Source of the DNA: an uncultured Chlamydiales bacterium
GTDB taxonomy: Bacteria; Chlamydiota; Chlamydiia; Chlamydiales; JAAKFR01
Assembly (NCBI GenBank): GCA_963699155.1
Contig: OY969414.1
Coordinates: 779,757-843,756, forward strand
Length of the DNA: 64,000 nucleotides
Direction: 5' to 3'
This document shows positions 10,634 through 20,332 of the stretch, one piece after another. The notes under the pieces are model-generated. The model searched no databases and was not told the DNA's origin. It saw only the letters and a program-made list of their open reading frames with translations. Position numbers and translations under genes: made by a program. Each line of letters starts with the position of its first letter. Within the stretch, counting starts at the first letter, position 1.

Positions 10634-10963
10634 ATGACCAAGAAAAAGACATTAAAAAAGCGAGAAGAATGTTTTAATGACATTCCAATCGTAAAGCCCA
10701 GTAAACAAGTAAAAGTTAAAAAGTTTGACCCAGAAGAAAAGCTAAGAGATAAAAACTTTGTTGCCCAGGCTCTTTTCGATGCGCTTTCAGAAGGTGATGA
10801 GGAAGCTGCTCTTGAAATTATCAACGCCTATGTGCAAGCGATGAAGAAAACTGAAATTGCCAAACATGAAAAAATGGCCACATCTACTGTTTATCACGCC
10901 CTATCGCCTAAAGCAAACCCAACTTTAAAAACTGTAGCTAAACTACTGCACGCGGTTGCTTAA
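10634..10963 (+). CDS. Addiction-module antidote HTH protein (HI1420-like)
   Basis: C-terminal VYHALSPKANPTLKTVAKLL. Confidence 0.75.
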   Translation: MTKKKTLKKREECFNDIPIVKPSKQVKVKKFDPEEKLRDKNFVAQALFDALSEGDEEAALEIINAYVQAMKKTEIAKHEKMATSTVYHALSPKANPTLKTVAKLLHAVA

Positions 10964-11091
10964 CTGAGAATCTCATTGTTTTTCTCGAAGCGAGATTCCA
11001 GAGGGCCACTCTTCGATTTTTATAATCAACTCTATCTGGGGGATCAAAGCAAGACTCTGCCCAGTTGGTATTCCCAAGTTGGTCCTGTTTT

Positions 11092-11493
11092 TCATTTGAT
11101 CAGGAAGTATTTCTTTAAAGTTTCGTTGTGCCTCTCGATATCCAGTTCGGGATAGCGCGCTTCGAGCTGAGCCCAAGTATCTCGTGAGCTAAGATCATCG
11201 AGGTTGGAGGGTTTTTGACTGTGCCAAGACCTCTGACTGAGGGAAATTCTCCTTAAAATGATCGGAAGGGCAATTCCTGATGCGAGGGCGACCCCGGCTC
11301 CTGCCCCACCTAGAGAGAAATAGAGGGAGGGATCGAGATGGCCAAAATAGGCGCCAACGCCGCCAGCGGCAGCCAAAAGCCCTATGATTAGGCCTGCAAT
11401 AGCTATATTGCGTAATACTTGATGTTTTTTCTCTGCGGCTATGCAGCTAGGCCGGCTAGTTGATGGGGTAATTAATAAAGAGGTGTCTGACAT
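11092..11493 (-). CDS. Inc-like protein with hydrophobic hairpin
   Basis: Ser/Thr-rich N-terminus then two adjacent hydrophobic segments. Confidence 0.55.
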   Translation of the reverse strand: MSDTSLLITPSTSRPSCIAAEKKHQVLRNIAIAGLIIGLLAAAGGVGAYFGHLDPSLYFSLGGAGAGVALASGIALPIILRRISLSQRSWHSQKPSNLDDLSSRDTWAQLEARYPELDIERHNETLKKYFLIK

Positions 11494-11549
11494 AGTGATA
11501 TCCTTTTTACAAAGAACTTATAATATATAAATTGTTAATTAACAAGTTT

Positions 11550-11605
11550 TTATTGTTCGACGTTGGAGAAGCCCTGGCTTGCCGTCAAGAAGGGAGAGGT
11601 TTTGG
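11550..11605 (-). repeat. Degenerate duplicate of icd 3' end
   Basis: ttattgttcgacgttggagaagcc...gagaggttttgg matches 11792-11846 with one indel and a few mismatches. Confidence 0.9.
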
Positions 11606-11791
11606 TGATGTGGCTACTATGGCCTGCCAGAAGCTTGGGCTGATCAACCCTTCTTTTTGAAGGGCCTTGATTTCTGCTGAATTATTAGGAGTATGAATCG
11701 TTGAAAAACCCTCGTCTCCTCCTAGGTAGGCCCCAATGATGAGATCGACGGTGTACTTTTTGAAATTTTGAGTCGCCGCTGTGTAAGGCTT

Positions 11792-13225
11792 TTATTGTTC
11801 GACGTTGGAGAAGCCAGGCTTGCCGTCAAAGAGGTAGAGGTTTTGGGTCTGGATGATGTCGAGGCCTGCTTGATCGAGCTTCTGGAGGAGGGAGGTGATC
11901 TGGGTGAAGGGGATGGGGGAGGGGCTTTCGAATCTGCAGCGCCAGTGGTCGATACAGAAGGTTTCGGGAATGCCTTGGGGCCAGACCTTGACCCCGCGGT
12001 TGGTGATGAGGGAGAGCTTGAGGGTGGAGCCTAAGGGTTGGAGCCTTTTCTGGAGGGTGTCGACAGCATCGTGGGAGTAGAGGTAGACATCGACACCGAC
12101 GAGTTCGCGTTTGGTTGAGAAGGGGGTTGAACCGTGATGAGACCACTCTTCGTGGGGTTTGGTTTTGTAGGTGACTGCGGGGAGGGTTTTGGGTTTCTGG
12201 CCGAGGCGCAGGGCAATGGCTTCGGCAAACTCGCGGGTGCCTACTTTCTGGCGGCTGGTTGGCTCTCGATAGATGTCGGGGGTGTGGATCCCCTCTTCGA
12301 TTGTCTTGAGGAAGGCGTTGTGGATCTTTTCGGCCACCTCGGGCTGATGGATATGGACGAGCATGAGGACTGATGAGAGGAGGAGGCCAGCGGGGTTGGC
12401 CACATTTTGGCCAGCCCTTTTGGGAGCTGAACCGTGGATCGCCTCATACATGGCCCCCTTTTCGCCGATATTGGCAGTGCCGACCAGGCCGACGGAGCCG
12501 GTGATCTGGGCGGTCACATCGGAGACGATATCGCCATAGAGGTTGGGCATGACGATGAGATCGAAATGTTCGGGGGTATCTGCCACCTTGGCGGTGCCGA
12601 TATCGATGATCCAGTGCTCATGTTCGATCTGGGGGTACTCTTGAGCGATCTGGAGAAAAATTTTGTGAAAGAGACCATCGCTGAATTTGAGAATATTGTC
12701 TTTAGTGAAGCAGGTGACCTTTTTACGCCCATAGCGAACAGCATACTCGAAGGCGTAGCGGATGATCCGTTCACAACCGGGGCGACTGATCAGTTTTAGG
12801 GCCTGACAGACATCGGGGGTCTGCTGGTACTCGATTCCCGTATAGAGATCTTCCTCGTTTTCCCGGATAATGACGACATCCATTTGGGGATGTTTCGTCT
12901 GGATGAAGGGGTAGTAGGAGACGCAGGGGCGGACATTGGCATAGAGCCCCAGGGCTCCCCGGATAGTCACGTTGAGGCTGCGGTAACCCCCGCCCTGTGG
13001 GGTGGTGATAGGCGCTTTTAAAAAGACTTTTGTTCTACGGAGCGACTCCCAAGCCTCTGGCTCGATCCCTGCGGGCTCTCCCGCTAAGTAGACCTTTTCC
13101 CCAACAGCAATTTTTTCAATTTCGATCTGAGCCCCCGCCTCTTTCAAAACATGGAGAGTGGCGGCCATGATCTCTGGGCCGATGCCATCGCCCTCAGCAA
13201 CAGTTATAGGGGTTTTCTTGACCAT
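11792..13225 (-). CDS. icd: Isocitrate dehydrogenase
   Basis: GDGIGPE, IRENEEDLY, NLYGDIVSD, EAIHGSAP. Confidence 0.95.
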   Translation of the reverse strand: MVKKTPITVAEGDGIGPEIMAATLHVLKEAGAQIEIEKIAVGEKVYLAGEPAGIEPEAWESLRRTKVFLKAPITTPQGGGYRSLNVTIRGALGLYANVRPCVSYYPFIQTKHPQMDVVIIRENEEDLYTGIEYQQTPDVCQALKLISRPGCERIIRYAFEYAVRYGRKKVTCFTKDNILKFSDGLFHKIFLQIAQEYPQIEHEHWIIDIGTAKVADTPEHFDLIVMPNLYGDIVSDVTAQITGSVGLVGTANIGEKGAMYEAIHGSAPKRAGQNVANPAGLLLSSVLMLVHIHQPEVAEKIHNAFLKTIEEGIHTPDIYREPTSRQKVGTREFAEAIALRLGQKPKTLPAVTYKTKPHEEWSHHGSTPFSTKRELVGVDVYLYSHDAVDTLQKRLQPLGSTLKLSLITNRGVKVWPQGIPETFCIDHWRCRFESPSPIPFTQITSLLQKLDQAGLDIIQTQNLYLFDGKPGFSNVEQ

Positions 13226-13289
13226 AACCGCTACCTTAGAACATTTTTTCAATGACTTCAAGGCCCTTTCTGATTAAAATTCTACTCTC

Positions 13290-14249
13290 ATGTTCCAGGA
13301 TCTTTTAGTCAAACAGAAGCAGCATCTCGATACCTACTTCGATCAGATCGATAGTGCCAGTTGTGAAGCACTTGTCGATGCCATTTTAGCCTGCCAAGGG
13401 GTTCTCTATTTTACCGGGATCGGTAAGAGCGGTTTCGTCGCTCAAAAAATTGCCGCCACAATGCTCTCGACAGGGACCAAAGCCTTCTTTCTGCCACCGA
13501 TCGATGCGCTCCATGGTGATCTCGGCATGGTCGCTAAAAAAGATCTCGTCCTGATTTTGAGTAAGAGCGGCGAAACTGAGGAGCTTCTCCAGCTTCTGCC
13601 CTCGATTCGCAATAAAGGGGCAGCCATCGTCGCCATTACCTCAGAAAAGGGGAGCCGCCTGGCTAAGGGGGCCGATCGGACGGTCATTCTTCCTTGCGAA
13701 AACGAACTCTGCCCTTTCGATCTCGCACCGACCACCTCGACCGAAGTGCAACTGCTCTTTGGAGATGCTCTGGCGATTGCCTTGATGGAAAAGAGAGGTT
13801 TCAGTCTCGCCCAGTTTGCAGAGAACCATCCGGCAGGCCGCATCGGCAGGCGAAGCGCTCTCAAAGTGCGTGATCTGATGCTCGACGAGGAGCGCACACC
13901 TCTCTGTCTCTCCGACGATCGTTTAGAGGAAATTCTGGTCGATTTTTCGAGCAAGCGGTGCGGCTGCATGATCGTCATCGATAGCGACAAAAGACTGAAG
14001 GGCATTTTTACCGATGGCGACTTGCGACGCGCCCTCCAGGCAAAGGGGGAAATGGTCCTCCAACAACATGTAGGGGTACTAATGACCCAAACGCCGAAAT
14101 CGATTTCTGTGGATGCCGCTGCCTGGGATGCTTTGAAGCTGATGGAATCAGATCAAAAGCATCCTGTCATGGTTCTCCCCGTTCTCGATGATGAGGAGGC
14201 TGTCGTCGGCATCATCAAGATGCACGATCTGATCCAAGCTGGTCTTTGA
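13290..14249 (+). CDS. kdsD: Arabinose-5-phosphate isomerase (SIS + CBS)
   Basis: GIGKSG, HGDLG, APTTST, TDGDLRR. Confidence 0.92.
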   Translation: MFQDLLVKQKQHLDTYFDQIDSASCEALVDAILACQGVLYFTGIGKSGFVAQKIAATMLSTGTKAFFLPPIDALHGDLGMVAKKDLVLILSKSGETEELLQLLPSIRNKGAAIVAITSEKGSRLAKGADRTVILPCENELCPFDLAPTTSTEVQLLFGDALAIALMEKRGFSLAQFAENHPAGRIGRRSALKVRDLMLDEERTPLCLSDDRLEEILVDFSSKRCGCMIVIDSDKRLKGIFTDGDLRRALQAKGEMVLQQHVGVLMTQTPKSISVDAAAWDALKLMESDQKHPVMVLPVLDDEEAVVGIIKMHDLIQAGL

Positions 14250-14838
14250 GTGACGCACCACCCCATGCAAGCTGGTCTTTGATTTCCTGACTTGTTGCTT
14301 CTCTGATTTCCTTCCATGTTGCTTCTGTAAAGTAAGGCATGAAAAGATCACAACCCTCAAACTGCTGCTGGCTATGAGCCATGAAGGCGGCACCATCAAA
14401 ATGGGGCTGCAGGACTTTGATTTTTTCCCGACTCTGCTTCTTTAGCCAGATCCCGATGCCATAGAGATCCTCTTTCTCCAAATAATCCATCTTCTCCAGG
14501 CAGGTTAGAGGAATCTGCATCAAAGGTTTGCCATTTCTTTTGAAAGTCAGCGACTCTGCATCGACTTGCAACAGGTGGGGATGGAGCTGCAAGCGCGAGA
14601 GCTGGCGGTAGGGCCATAATCCGAGCGCAATCAACGCCATCCCTGTCAGAAAAAGGGGAATTCCGACGATTTTCAGAAGAGAAAGGGGCAAAAATGTCCC
14701 TCCAATAATGAGCAGGAGTGCCCCAGCTCCACCGAGAATGGCCCCCCGTTTGAGTGAATGATTTAGGAGCTGAGAGCGGATGGCGCTGCGATAGATTTCT
14801 CTTTCCGTGAGACGATCCATGCAAATAGGATATTCCAT
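14215..14838 (-). CDS. Hypothetical membrane protein
   Basis: 207-aa ORF, two TM segments. Confidence 0.65.
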   Translation of the reverse strand: MEYPICMDRLTEREIYRSAIRSQLLNHSLKRGAILGGAGALLLIIGGTFLPLSLLKIVGIPLFLTGMALIALGLWPYRQLSRLQLHPHLLQVDAESLTFKRNGKPLMQIPLTCLEKMDYLEKEDLYGIGIWLKKQSREKIKVLQPHFDGAAFMAHSQQQFEGCDLFMPYFTEATWKEIREATSQEIKDQLAWGGASLKDQLGSDRAS

Positions 14839-15530
14839 ACACTATAACAAAAGATACGGAAGAATGAGAGCGAGGAAGCAAAACTGGCCTCGATCACCTC
14901 ATCGCCTTTCCCCTCTAAAATCCATTTTAAACGGGCTATATTGAAGAAGAAGAGTCCTTTTTCAATAGTTGATTCCGTGACACTACCCTCCTTCGCCCAT
15001 TCCTTGACGAGATAGCGGTGCCATCCTCGAAGGAGCTTTTCGCGGCTGTTTCCACCCTCACTGTCGACATAATGGTCCAAAACATAGTTCTCGGAAGGAA
15101 AGAGAGTCTCTTTTTTAAGTATAGGCTGCTGAAAATAGGCGTAGCCCACAACCAGCATGGGCAGAATCCAAACAGTTTTGCTTGCCCCTTCGATCTGAAA
15201 GAGCAGGAGAAAGGAGATGAGGATGGAGAAAAAGAGCCAGGCGAGGGCAAACGGGGGAGTCGCACTCAAAAAATGGCTCCCTAACGCTTTCCAGAAGGAA
15301 GGGACAGTTTTCTGAAGGGCTACCGAATAGCCCTCTAAAATGAGCCGTTGGTCACTGGGAGAGAGCTGTTGAAACAACTCATTTTTTTCATGCACCATCT
15401 CATAGAGAGCGAGCTGCGATTTATAGGCTACGATTGCTTTGACATAGGGTTGAAGCAACAGCCAAAATAAAAAAGAAAATGCCAAACAAAGATGGCAGAT
15501 GATTAAAATTTTTTTCTTGCGAGACATCAT
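14763..15530 (-). CDS. Hypothetical membrane protein
   Basis: 255-aa ORF with several TM segments. Confidence 0.65.
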   Translation of the reverse strand: MMSRKKKILIICHLCLAFSFLFWLLLQPYVKAIVAYKSQLALYEMVHEKNELFQQLSPSDQRLILEGYSVALQKTVPSFWKALGSHFLSATPPFALAWLFFSILISFLLLFQIEGASKTVWILPMLVVGYAYFQQPILKKETLFPSENYVLDHYVDSEGGNSREKLLRGWHRYLVKEWAKEGSVTESTIEKGLFFFNIARLKWILEGKGDEVIEASFASSLSFFRIFCYSVWNILFAWIVSRKEKSIAAPSALSS

Positions 15531-15558
15531 TTAACGACACTTCTATAATTTATTCCCT

Positions 15559-16419
15559 ATGCGTATAAAGAGAAACTTATTTTTCTTAGTTATCTTTGGT
15601 TTATTGAGTTGGTTGGCCATTTATTCATATAACCATGTGACCGATGGTTTCAGTATCTATCAGATGAGCTCCTCTCTGCCTCCCTGCCCACAATTTGAGG
15701 TGGCATTGACTCATGAGAAAAAAGAGAGTCTCCAACAGGTTTTAGATCAGCCCTTCCGTTACATGGGTAAAGGATGCCAGTTTTATGTCTTTTCCAGCGC
15801 TGATAATCACTATGTGATCAAATTTCTTAAGCAGAAACATCTCAGGCAGTTTGAATGGCTGCAGCGCCTTCCCATGCCCCATCCGTGGCGTAAGCTCGCT
15901 GACCAAAAAATAGAGAGGCGCAAGGAGCGGGTAGAACGTCTCTTTTCTAGCTGCAAATTGGCTTATGAGAAGATGGCAGAAGAGACGGGGCTTCTCTATG
16001 TCCATCTCAACCAGATACCTGCATTAGAAAAAGAGATCCTGCTTATCGATAAGTTGGGTCTCAACCATCATGTGGCGATCGACGATTATGAATTTGTGAT
16101 TCAGAAAAAAGCAGTACCCGTTAAAGAGGCGTTGGCCGATCTGACACCCGAAGAGGTGGCTCACAAAATCGAAGAGCTGGCCCACCTCGTATTAGCCCGC
16201 TGTCAAAAAGGGATTCGAGATCGAGACCGCTCCTTTGTCCAGAATGTGGCCTTTTCTGCCAGCGAAGGGAGAGCTATTTTTACCGATGTGGGTCAATTTT
16301 ATGAAGACCCAACTATCCTCTTAGAGGAAGAACAGGCAAAAGATTTAGCGAAGCGTCTCTCTAATCTCGGCTACTGGATGGGCCGCCATTTTCCCGATTT
16401 AGCCCAGACGGTTCCATGA
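15559..16419 (+). CDS. Membrane-anchored protein-kinase-like protein
   Basis: N-terminal TM; GKGCQFYVF, YVIK, DRD..N, TDVG resemble kinase subdomains. Confidence 0.6.
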   Translation: MRIKRNLFFLVIFGLLSWLAIYSYNHVTDGFSIYQMSSSLPPCPQFEVALTHEKKESLQQVLDQPFRYMGKGCQFYVFSSADNHYVIKFLKQKHLRQFEWLQRLPMPHPWRKLADQKIERRKERVERLFSSCKLAYEKMAEETGLLYVHLNQIPALEKEILLIDKLGLNHHVAIDDYEFVIQKKAVPVKEALADLTPEEVAHKIEELAHLVLARCQKGIRDRDRSFVQNVAFSASEGRAIFTDVGQFYEDPTILLEEEQAKDLAKRLSNLGYWMGRHFPDLAQTVP

Positions 16420-18392
16420 TCAATAGAGCTTCCGAATGTCACCTTTCCTACTGCTTAAGCCCACCTCGAGAAAGTTGTATCATGGCCACAACGATCACTC
16501 TCATTGCGCTTGCGGGCATTTCCACACTCACTTTTTGTCTACTGGGCCATTTTCAACTGATCTCGGGTATTAATACCCTTTCCCAGACCGTTTTAGCATG
16601 CTCCAGTGGGGGATTGGCGGTCGTGGCTTTAGTGATGAGTGCAGTGAGTGCGCTGAAGGAGAAGGAGCCTATCCTTCCAGAGATTCACGATCCTGCCACT
16701 CTCAAAGCCACTTTGGACCAGCTCTGTACAGGGATGATCGAGGCCTTAGAAGCCGAAGATCCGATGGATACGATCCATCAATTGGCTGAAGAGATTCCTT
16801 TAGAACTTTTGGAAAAGGCTGTTCAAACGGCCTTCAATCACAAAAGCAGCGCACAAAAGCTCGCACAAAGCATGATAGGACAGGCACAATTTTTTGTGGC
16901 AGCAAGACATCCTCCCACACCGAGCTGTCAAGCCAGGATGAGAGATCTCGGTGATAAGATCTTGGGCCTCTTTGATAACCTCTTTTGGGCATTCGGGATT
17001 TCAGAGTTCTTTAAACCTTCCGAAAACGACCAACATGCCGATGCCAAATTCCAAAAAATTGTAATGCTCATCAGCTTCTTTACCTTGATGACATCGACAA
17101 TCCTTCCTCTTCTCGGTATTACGACGGGATCCTCCGTCGTTGCAGGGATTCTCATCTTTTTCTGCGTCATGAGCCTGATCTGGCCAAAGATCCGCCCCTT
17201 TTCCACCCATCTTCCCGAAGCGGAAAATTGGTCGAAACAGGTCCGTATGGGCGAAATGATAGCTCCCTTAGGTCGTAAAGAGGCCGTCGACAGAATCCGG
17301 GATGCTCTCAATCAGCGCCAGCCGGTCATGATTGTCGGCCCCTCTGGAATCGGTAAAACCATAGCTGTACAAGCACTGACAGCTGCCATTGAGCAGGGCA
17401 AAAGTCCTGAACTGGCTGGCAAAGAGGTGATCTACTTTAATATGGCCGACCTCATCTCACACTATGATTACTCGGGCTACCGCAACACCATTTTAAAACG
17501 GATCTCTGCAGCCGGCATCCACAATTATATCCCTGTCATCGATAACCTCCTGAAGGCCTATAAGCCTCATGAGGGTACCGATGTCGGAAGCCAGCTGCGC
17601 ACCTTTCTCGATGACAAACCCGAAAATAGTTTTAAGTTTTTCATTGGGATCGCCGAATTGGAAGAATATGCGGAATGGGCCGCTACTTCTGAAGCTTCTG
17701 AAGGACGCCGTTTCGATAATGTCGTTTATGTCAGAGATACGAGCATAGAAAATACGCTCGCCATTCTTCGCCGCCACATTTTACAAGAAGCGCCCTACGC
17801 ATTGGTGGAAAAGGGGGCATTAGAATTTCTCTATGAGTCGACTAAAGACAAGGGCCCTCTTCCCTTATTCCCTCTCCAGATCCTCAAACGATGCATCACA
17901 AAGATCTCACAAACTCAAAAGACGCCACTTGCACAGAAGAGAGATCACGAAGAAAGTAAGCTCTTAGAAGCCCACTCTGAGGGTGCTGTGAGCGGTGATG
18001 AAGTGGTCTCTACGAAGATCGATACGTGTGAAAATCATTTAAAAGTGGTGCAAGAAAAGTTTGATCCGCAGAAGAAAGATGCCGACCTTGTAGCAGCAGC
18101 TCGAAATGCTTTAATCAAAGTACGTGAAGCCAAATTCCAGGCCGTCTTAGATACAGTATCCTCAGAAGAGAATCAAAACAAGCTGACAGAATTCTTGCTG
18201 CTGAAATATTTCTTCGAGAGGCATCTCGAAGAGGCCATCCGAACTACAAGTCAAAAAATTCCCGGCTTTCGCGCCACGATCAATCGTGAGCTGGTCCAGG
18301 AGGCTCTCAAGGAATATGAGGAAAGCCATCGAGAGCAGATCCAAGCTGTGCAAGAAGGTCAAAAACATAAAAAAGACCGTTTAAAAACATGA
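16416..18392 (+). CDS. Membrane-anchored ClpB-NBD1-like AAA+ protein, degenerate Walker B
   Basis: Two TM hairpins; GPSGIGKT; VIDN; RRF; coiled-coil tail. Confidence 0.75.
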   Translation: MINRASECHLSYCLSPPRESCIMATTITLIALAGISTLTFCLLGHFQLISGINTLSQTVLACSSGGLAVVALVMSAVSALKEKEPILPEIHDPATLKATLDQLCTGMIEALEAEDPMDTIHQLAEEIPLELLEKAVQTAFNHKSSAQKLAQSMIGQAQFFVAARHPPTPSCQARMRDLGDKILGLFDNLFWAFGISEFFKPSENDQHADAKFQKIVMLISFFTLMTSTILPLLGITTGSSVVAGILIFFCVMSLIWPKIRPFSTHLPEAENWSKQVRMGEMIAPLGRKEAVDRIRDALNQRQPVMIVGPSGIGKTIAVQALTAAIEQGKSPELAGKEVIYFNMADLISHYDYSGYRNTILKRISAAGIHNYIPVIDNLLKAYKPHEGTDVGSQLRTFLDDKPENSFKFFIGIAELEEYAEWAATSEASEGRRFDNVVYVRDTSIENTLAILRRHILQEAPYALVEKGALEFLYESTKDKGPLPLFPLQILKRCITKISQTQKTPLAQKRDHEESKLLEAHSEGAVSGDEVVSTKIDTCENHLKVVQEKFDPQKKDADLVAAARNALIKVREAKFQAVLDTVSSEENQNKLTEFLLLKYFFERHLEEAIRTTSQKIPGFRATINRELVQEALKEYEESHREQIQAVQEGQKHKKDRLKT

Positions 18393-20332
18393 TCACACTT
18401 CCACTCAACTATACTTCAGAGCATTGGACCGTTTCTGGAAATCAACAGCAGGCAAAAGAAGCGCAGGTATTAATTGTTTCAGGGCTCGCGGCTGCAGCGA
18501 TTGTACTCGTAACCTATTCGCTGCTCTCCTATTTTCAGGTCGTGAACAGCATCAATGCCATTGCTCAGTGGAGTTTGTTGGGAGCTGGGGGAGCTTCCGT
18601 TGTCGCTGCTGCCCTCCTTTCGTTTTTCTCCCCCAAAGAGCTACCCTCGGTTTCCATCACCAGCCCGGAAGAATTGAAGATTCACTTAGAAAAACTGTGT
18701 CGAGAAATGGTCCAGGGGGAGGATCCTCTCGAAGCGATGCAGAAGATTATGGAAAGCCTTCCTCTAGACATGTTGGAGAAAGCTGTGGGAAGTCAAGGCG
18801 CTCTGCAATTGGCTCGAGATATGGTTGTGGAGTCTGAGTTCTATTTTAATGCCAATGAGACATTCTCTCAGACTCTTCAGGCAAAGATGAAAAACCTCCT
18901 CTATACCCTCATCAGCATCATCGATAGTACCTTAGCGATTTTGGGAATCGCCGATTTCTGTAAGCCCTCTGAAAGTAGCTTTCATGCCGATTTCAAATTC
19001 CAGAGGATCATGATGATTATCAGCCTCTTTACTCTTCTAACAGCCACTTTACTTCCGCTTCTGGGTGTCACCTCAGGGGCCTCCATCGTCGGAGGAGTCA
19101 TGCTTCTAATTGCTTTGCTCAGCTTGATTTGGCCAAAGATCCGTCCCTCACTCGGTGAGCTGCCGCGTGGAGAAAATTGGTCGGAGCGGGTGCAGAAAGG
19201 CAAAATCTGGAATCCTGGAATGAGAGCGGAGCTGGTGCAAGAGATCTACCACTATTTGCGTGCGCATCGGCATGTCATGTTCATCGGACCATCGGGCATC
19301 GGTAAAACTAATCTCGCGCAGGAGATCACTCAAGGGATCGAGCAGGGAGAGTTGCCTGAGTTTGCAGGCAAAAAAGTTATCTATTTTAATATGGCTGAGC
19401 TGGCCGCCAGCGCAGATATCTTTAGCAATGAGAACATGATCTTAAAAAGGATCGAAGAGGCTGTAGGCGATCGAGCAGAGGACTATGTTTTAGTTTTTGA
19501 TGAAGCCCATGCCGCTTTCGCTGACCTCACATTTGGAAATAAGTTTAAAACCTTCCTCGACAAAATGCCTTACGTCCTCTGCATGACGACAGCTGAGGAG
19601 TATATGAAGTTTATTTTTATCGATCAGGCAGCAGGCGATCGCCGATTTGTGAAGCTTAATGTTGGTAGTACAACACCCGAAGAAACTGAGGCGATCGTCA
19701 GCTATGACATTTTAAGAAAGGCTCCTGCAACACTCATGGAAGAGGGTGCTCTCGAGCATCTCATCGAACAGACAAAGGAGTTTCCACAGCCTCTTTCGGC
19801 TCTCACCTTTGCTTCCCAAGCCCTCATGGAGCTCAATCTGCCCCATTACACTCCAAAGATGAAAGAACTCCAGCAGACGAAAAAAGAGCGCCTTCTCATG
19901 GGAGCGAGAGGGGTAGTTCTAGGAGCTGCTTCTCAAACAGGGGACCAAAAACGATTTCAGACAGTTGAAGGGTCAAAAAAAACAATTGCGCAACTGGACC
20001 AAGAGGTGGCTCTCGAAGAAGAAAAGCTGCATCAACTAAAAAAACTCAAAGAAGAGCTGACCGCTGTGAGGAAAACAAAATACCAGACTGTACGCTCTAT
20101 CGACCAATCAGGACCCTCAGAAGTCGAACTCAACCAACTGCTCCTTCTGAAATATCTTCTCGAACCCAAACTCGAAGAGGCGATCAAAAAAATCTCTGCC
20201 GATATGAAAGTGGATTCACTATTCAATCGTGAGATCATTGATAAAGTCATCGCCGCCGAAAAAGAGAACCAAGAAAAAAGAAAAGTGGCTATGGAGCAGG
20301 CAAAAAAGGCATCCGAAGCGCGCCAGGTTTAA
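18389..20332 (+). CDS. Membrane-anchored ClpB-NBD1-like AAA+ ATPase (paralogue)
   Basis: Same architecture; GPSGIGKT; VFDEAH; RRF. Confidence 0.78.
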   Translation: MITLPLNYTSEHWTVSGNQQQAKEAQVLIVSGLAAAAIVLVTYSLLSYFQVVNSINAIAQWSLLGAGGASVVAAALLSFFSPKELPSVSITSPEELKIHLEKLCREMVQGEDPLEAMQKIMESLPLDMLEKAVGSQGALQLARDMVVESEFYFNANETFSQTLQAKMKNLLYTLISIIDSTLAILGIADFCKPSESSFHADFKFQRIMMIISLFTLLTATLLPLLGVTSGASIVGGVMLLIALLSLIWPKIRPSLGELPRGENWSERVQKGKIWNPGMRAELVQEIYHYLRAHRHVMFIGPSGIGKTNLAQEITQGIEQGELPEFAGKKVIYFNMAELAASADIFSNENMILKRIEEAVGDRAEDYVLVFDEAHAAFADLTFGNKFKTFLDKMPYVLCMTTAEEYMKFIFIDQAAGDRRFVKLNVGSTTPEETEAIVSYDILRKAPATLMEEGALEHLIEQTKEFPQPLSALTFASQALMELNLPHYTPKMKELQQTKKERLLMGARGVVLGAASQTGDQKRFQTVEGSKKTIAQLDQEVALEEEKLHQLKKLKEELTAVRKTKYQTVRSIDQSGPSEVELNQLLLLKYLLEPKLEEAIKKISADMKVDSLFNREIIDKVIAAEKENQEKRKVAMEQAKKASEARQV

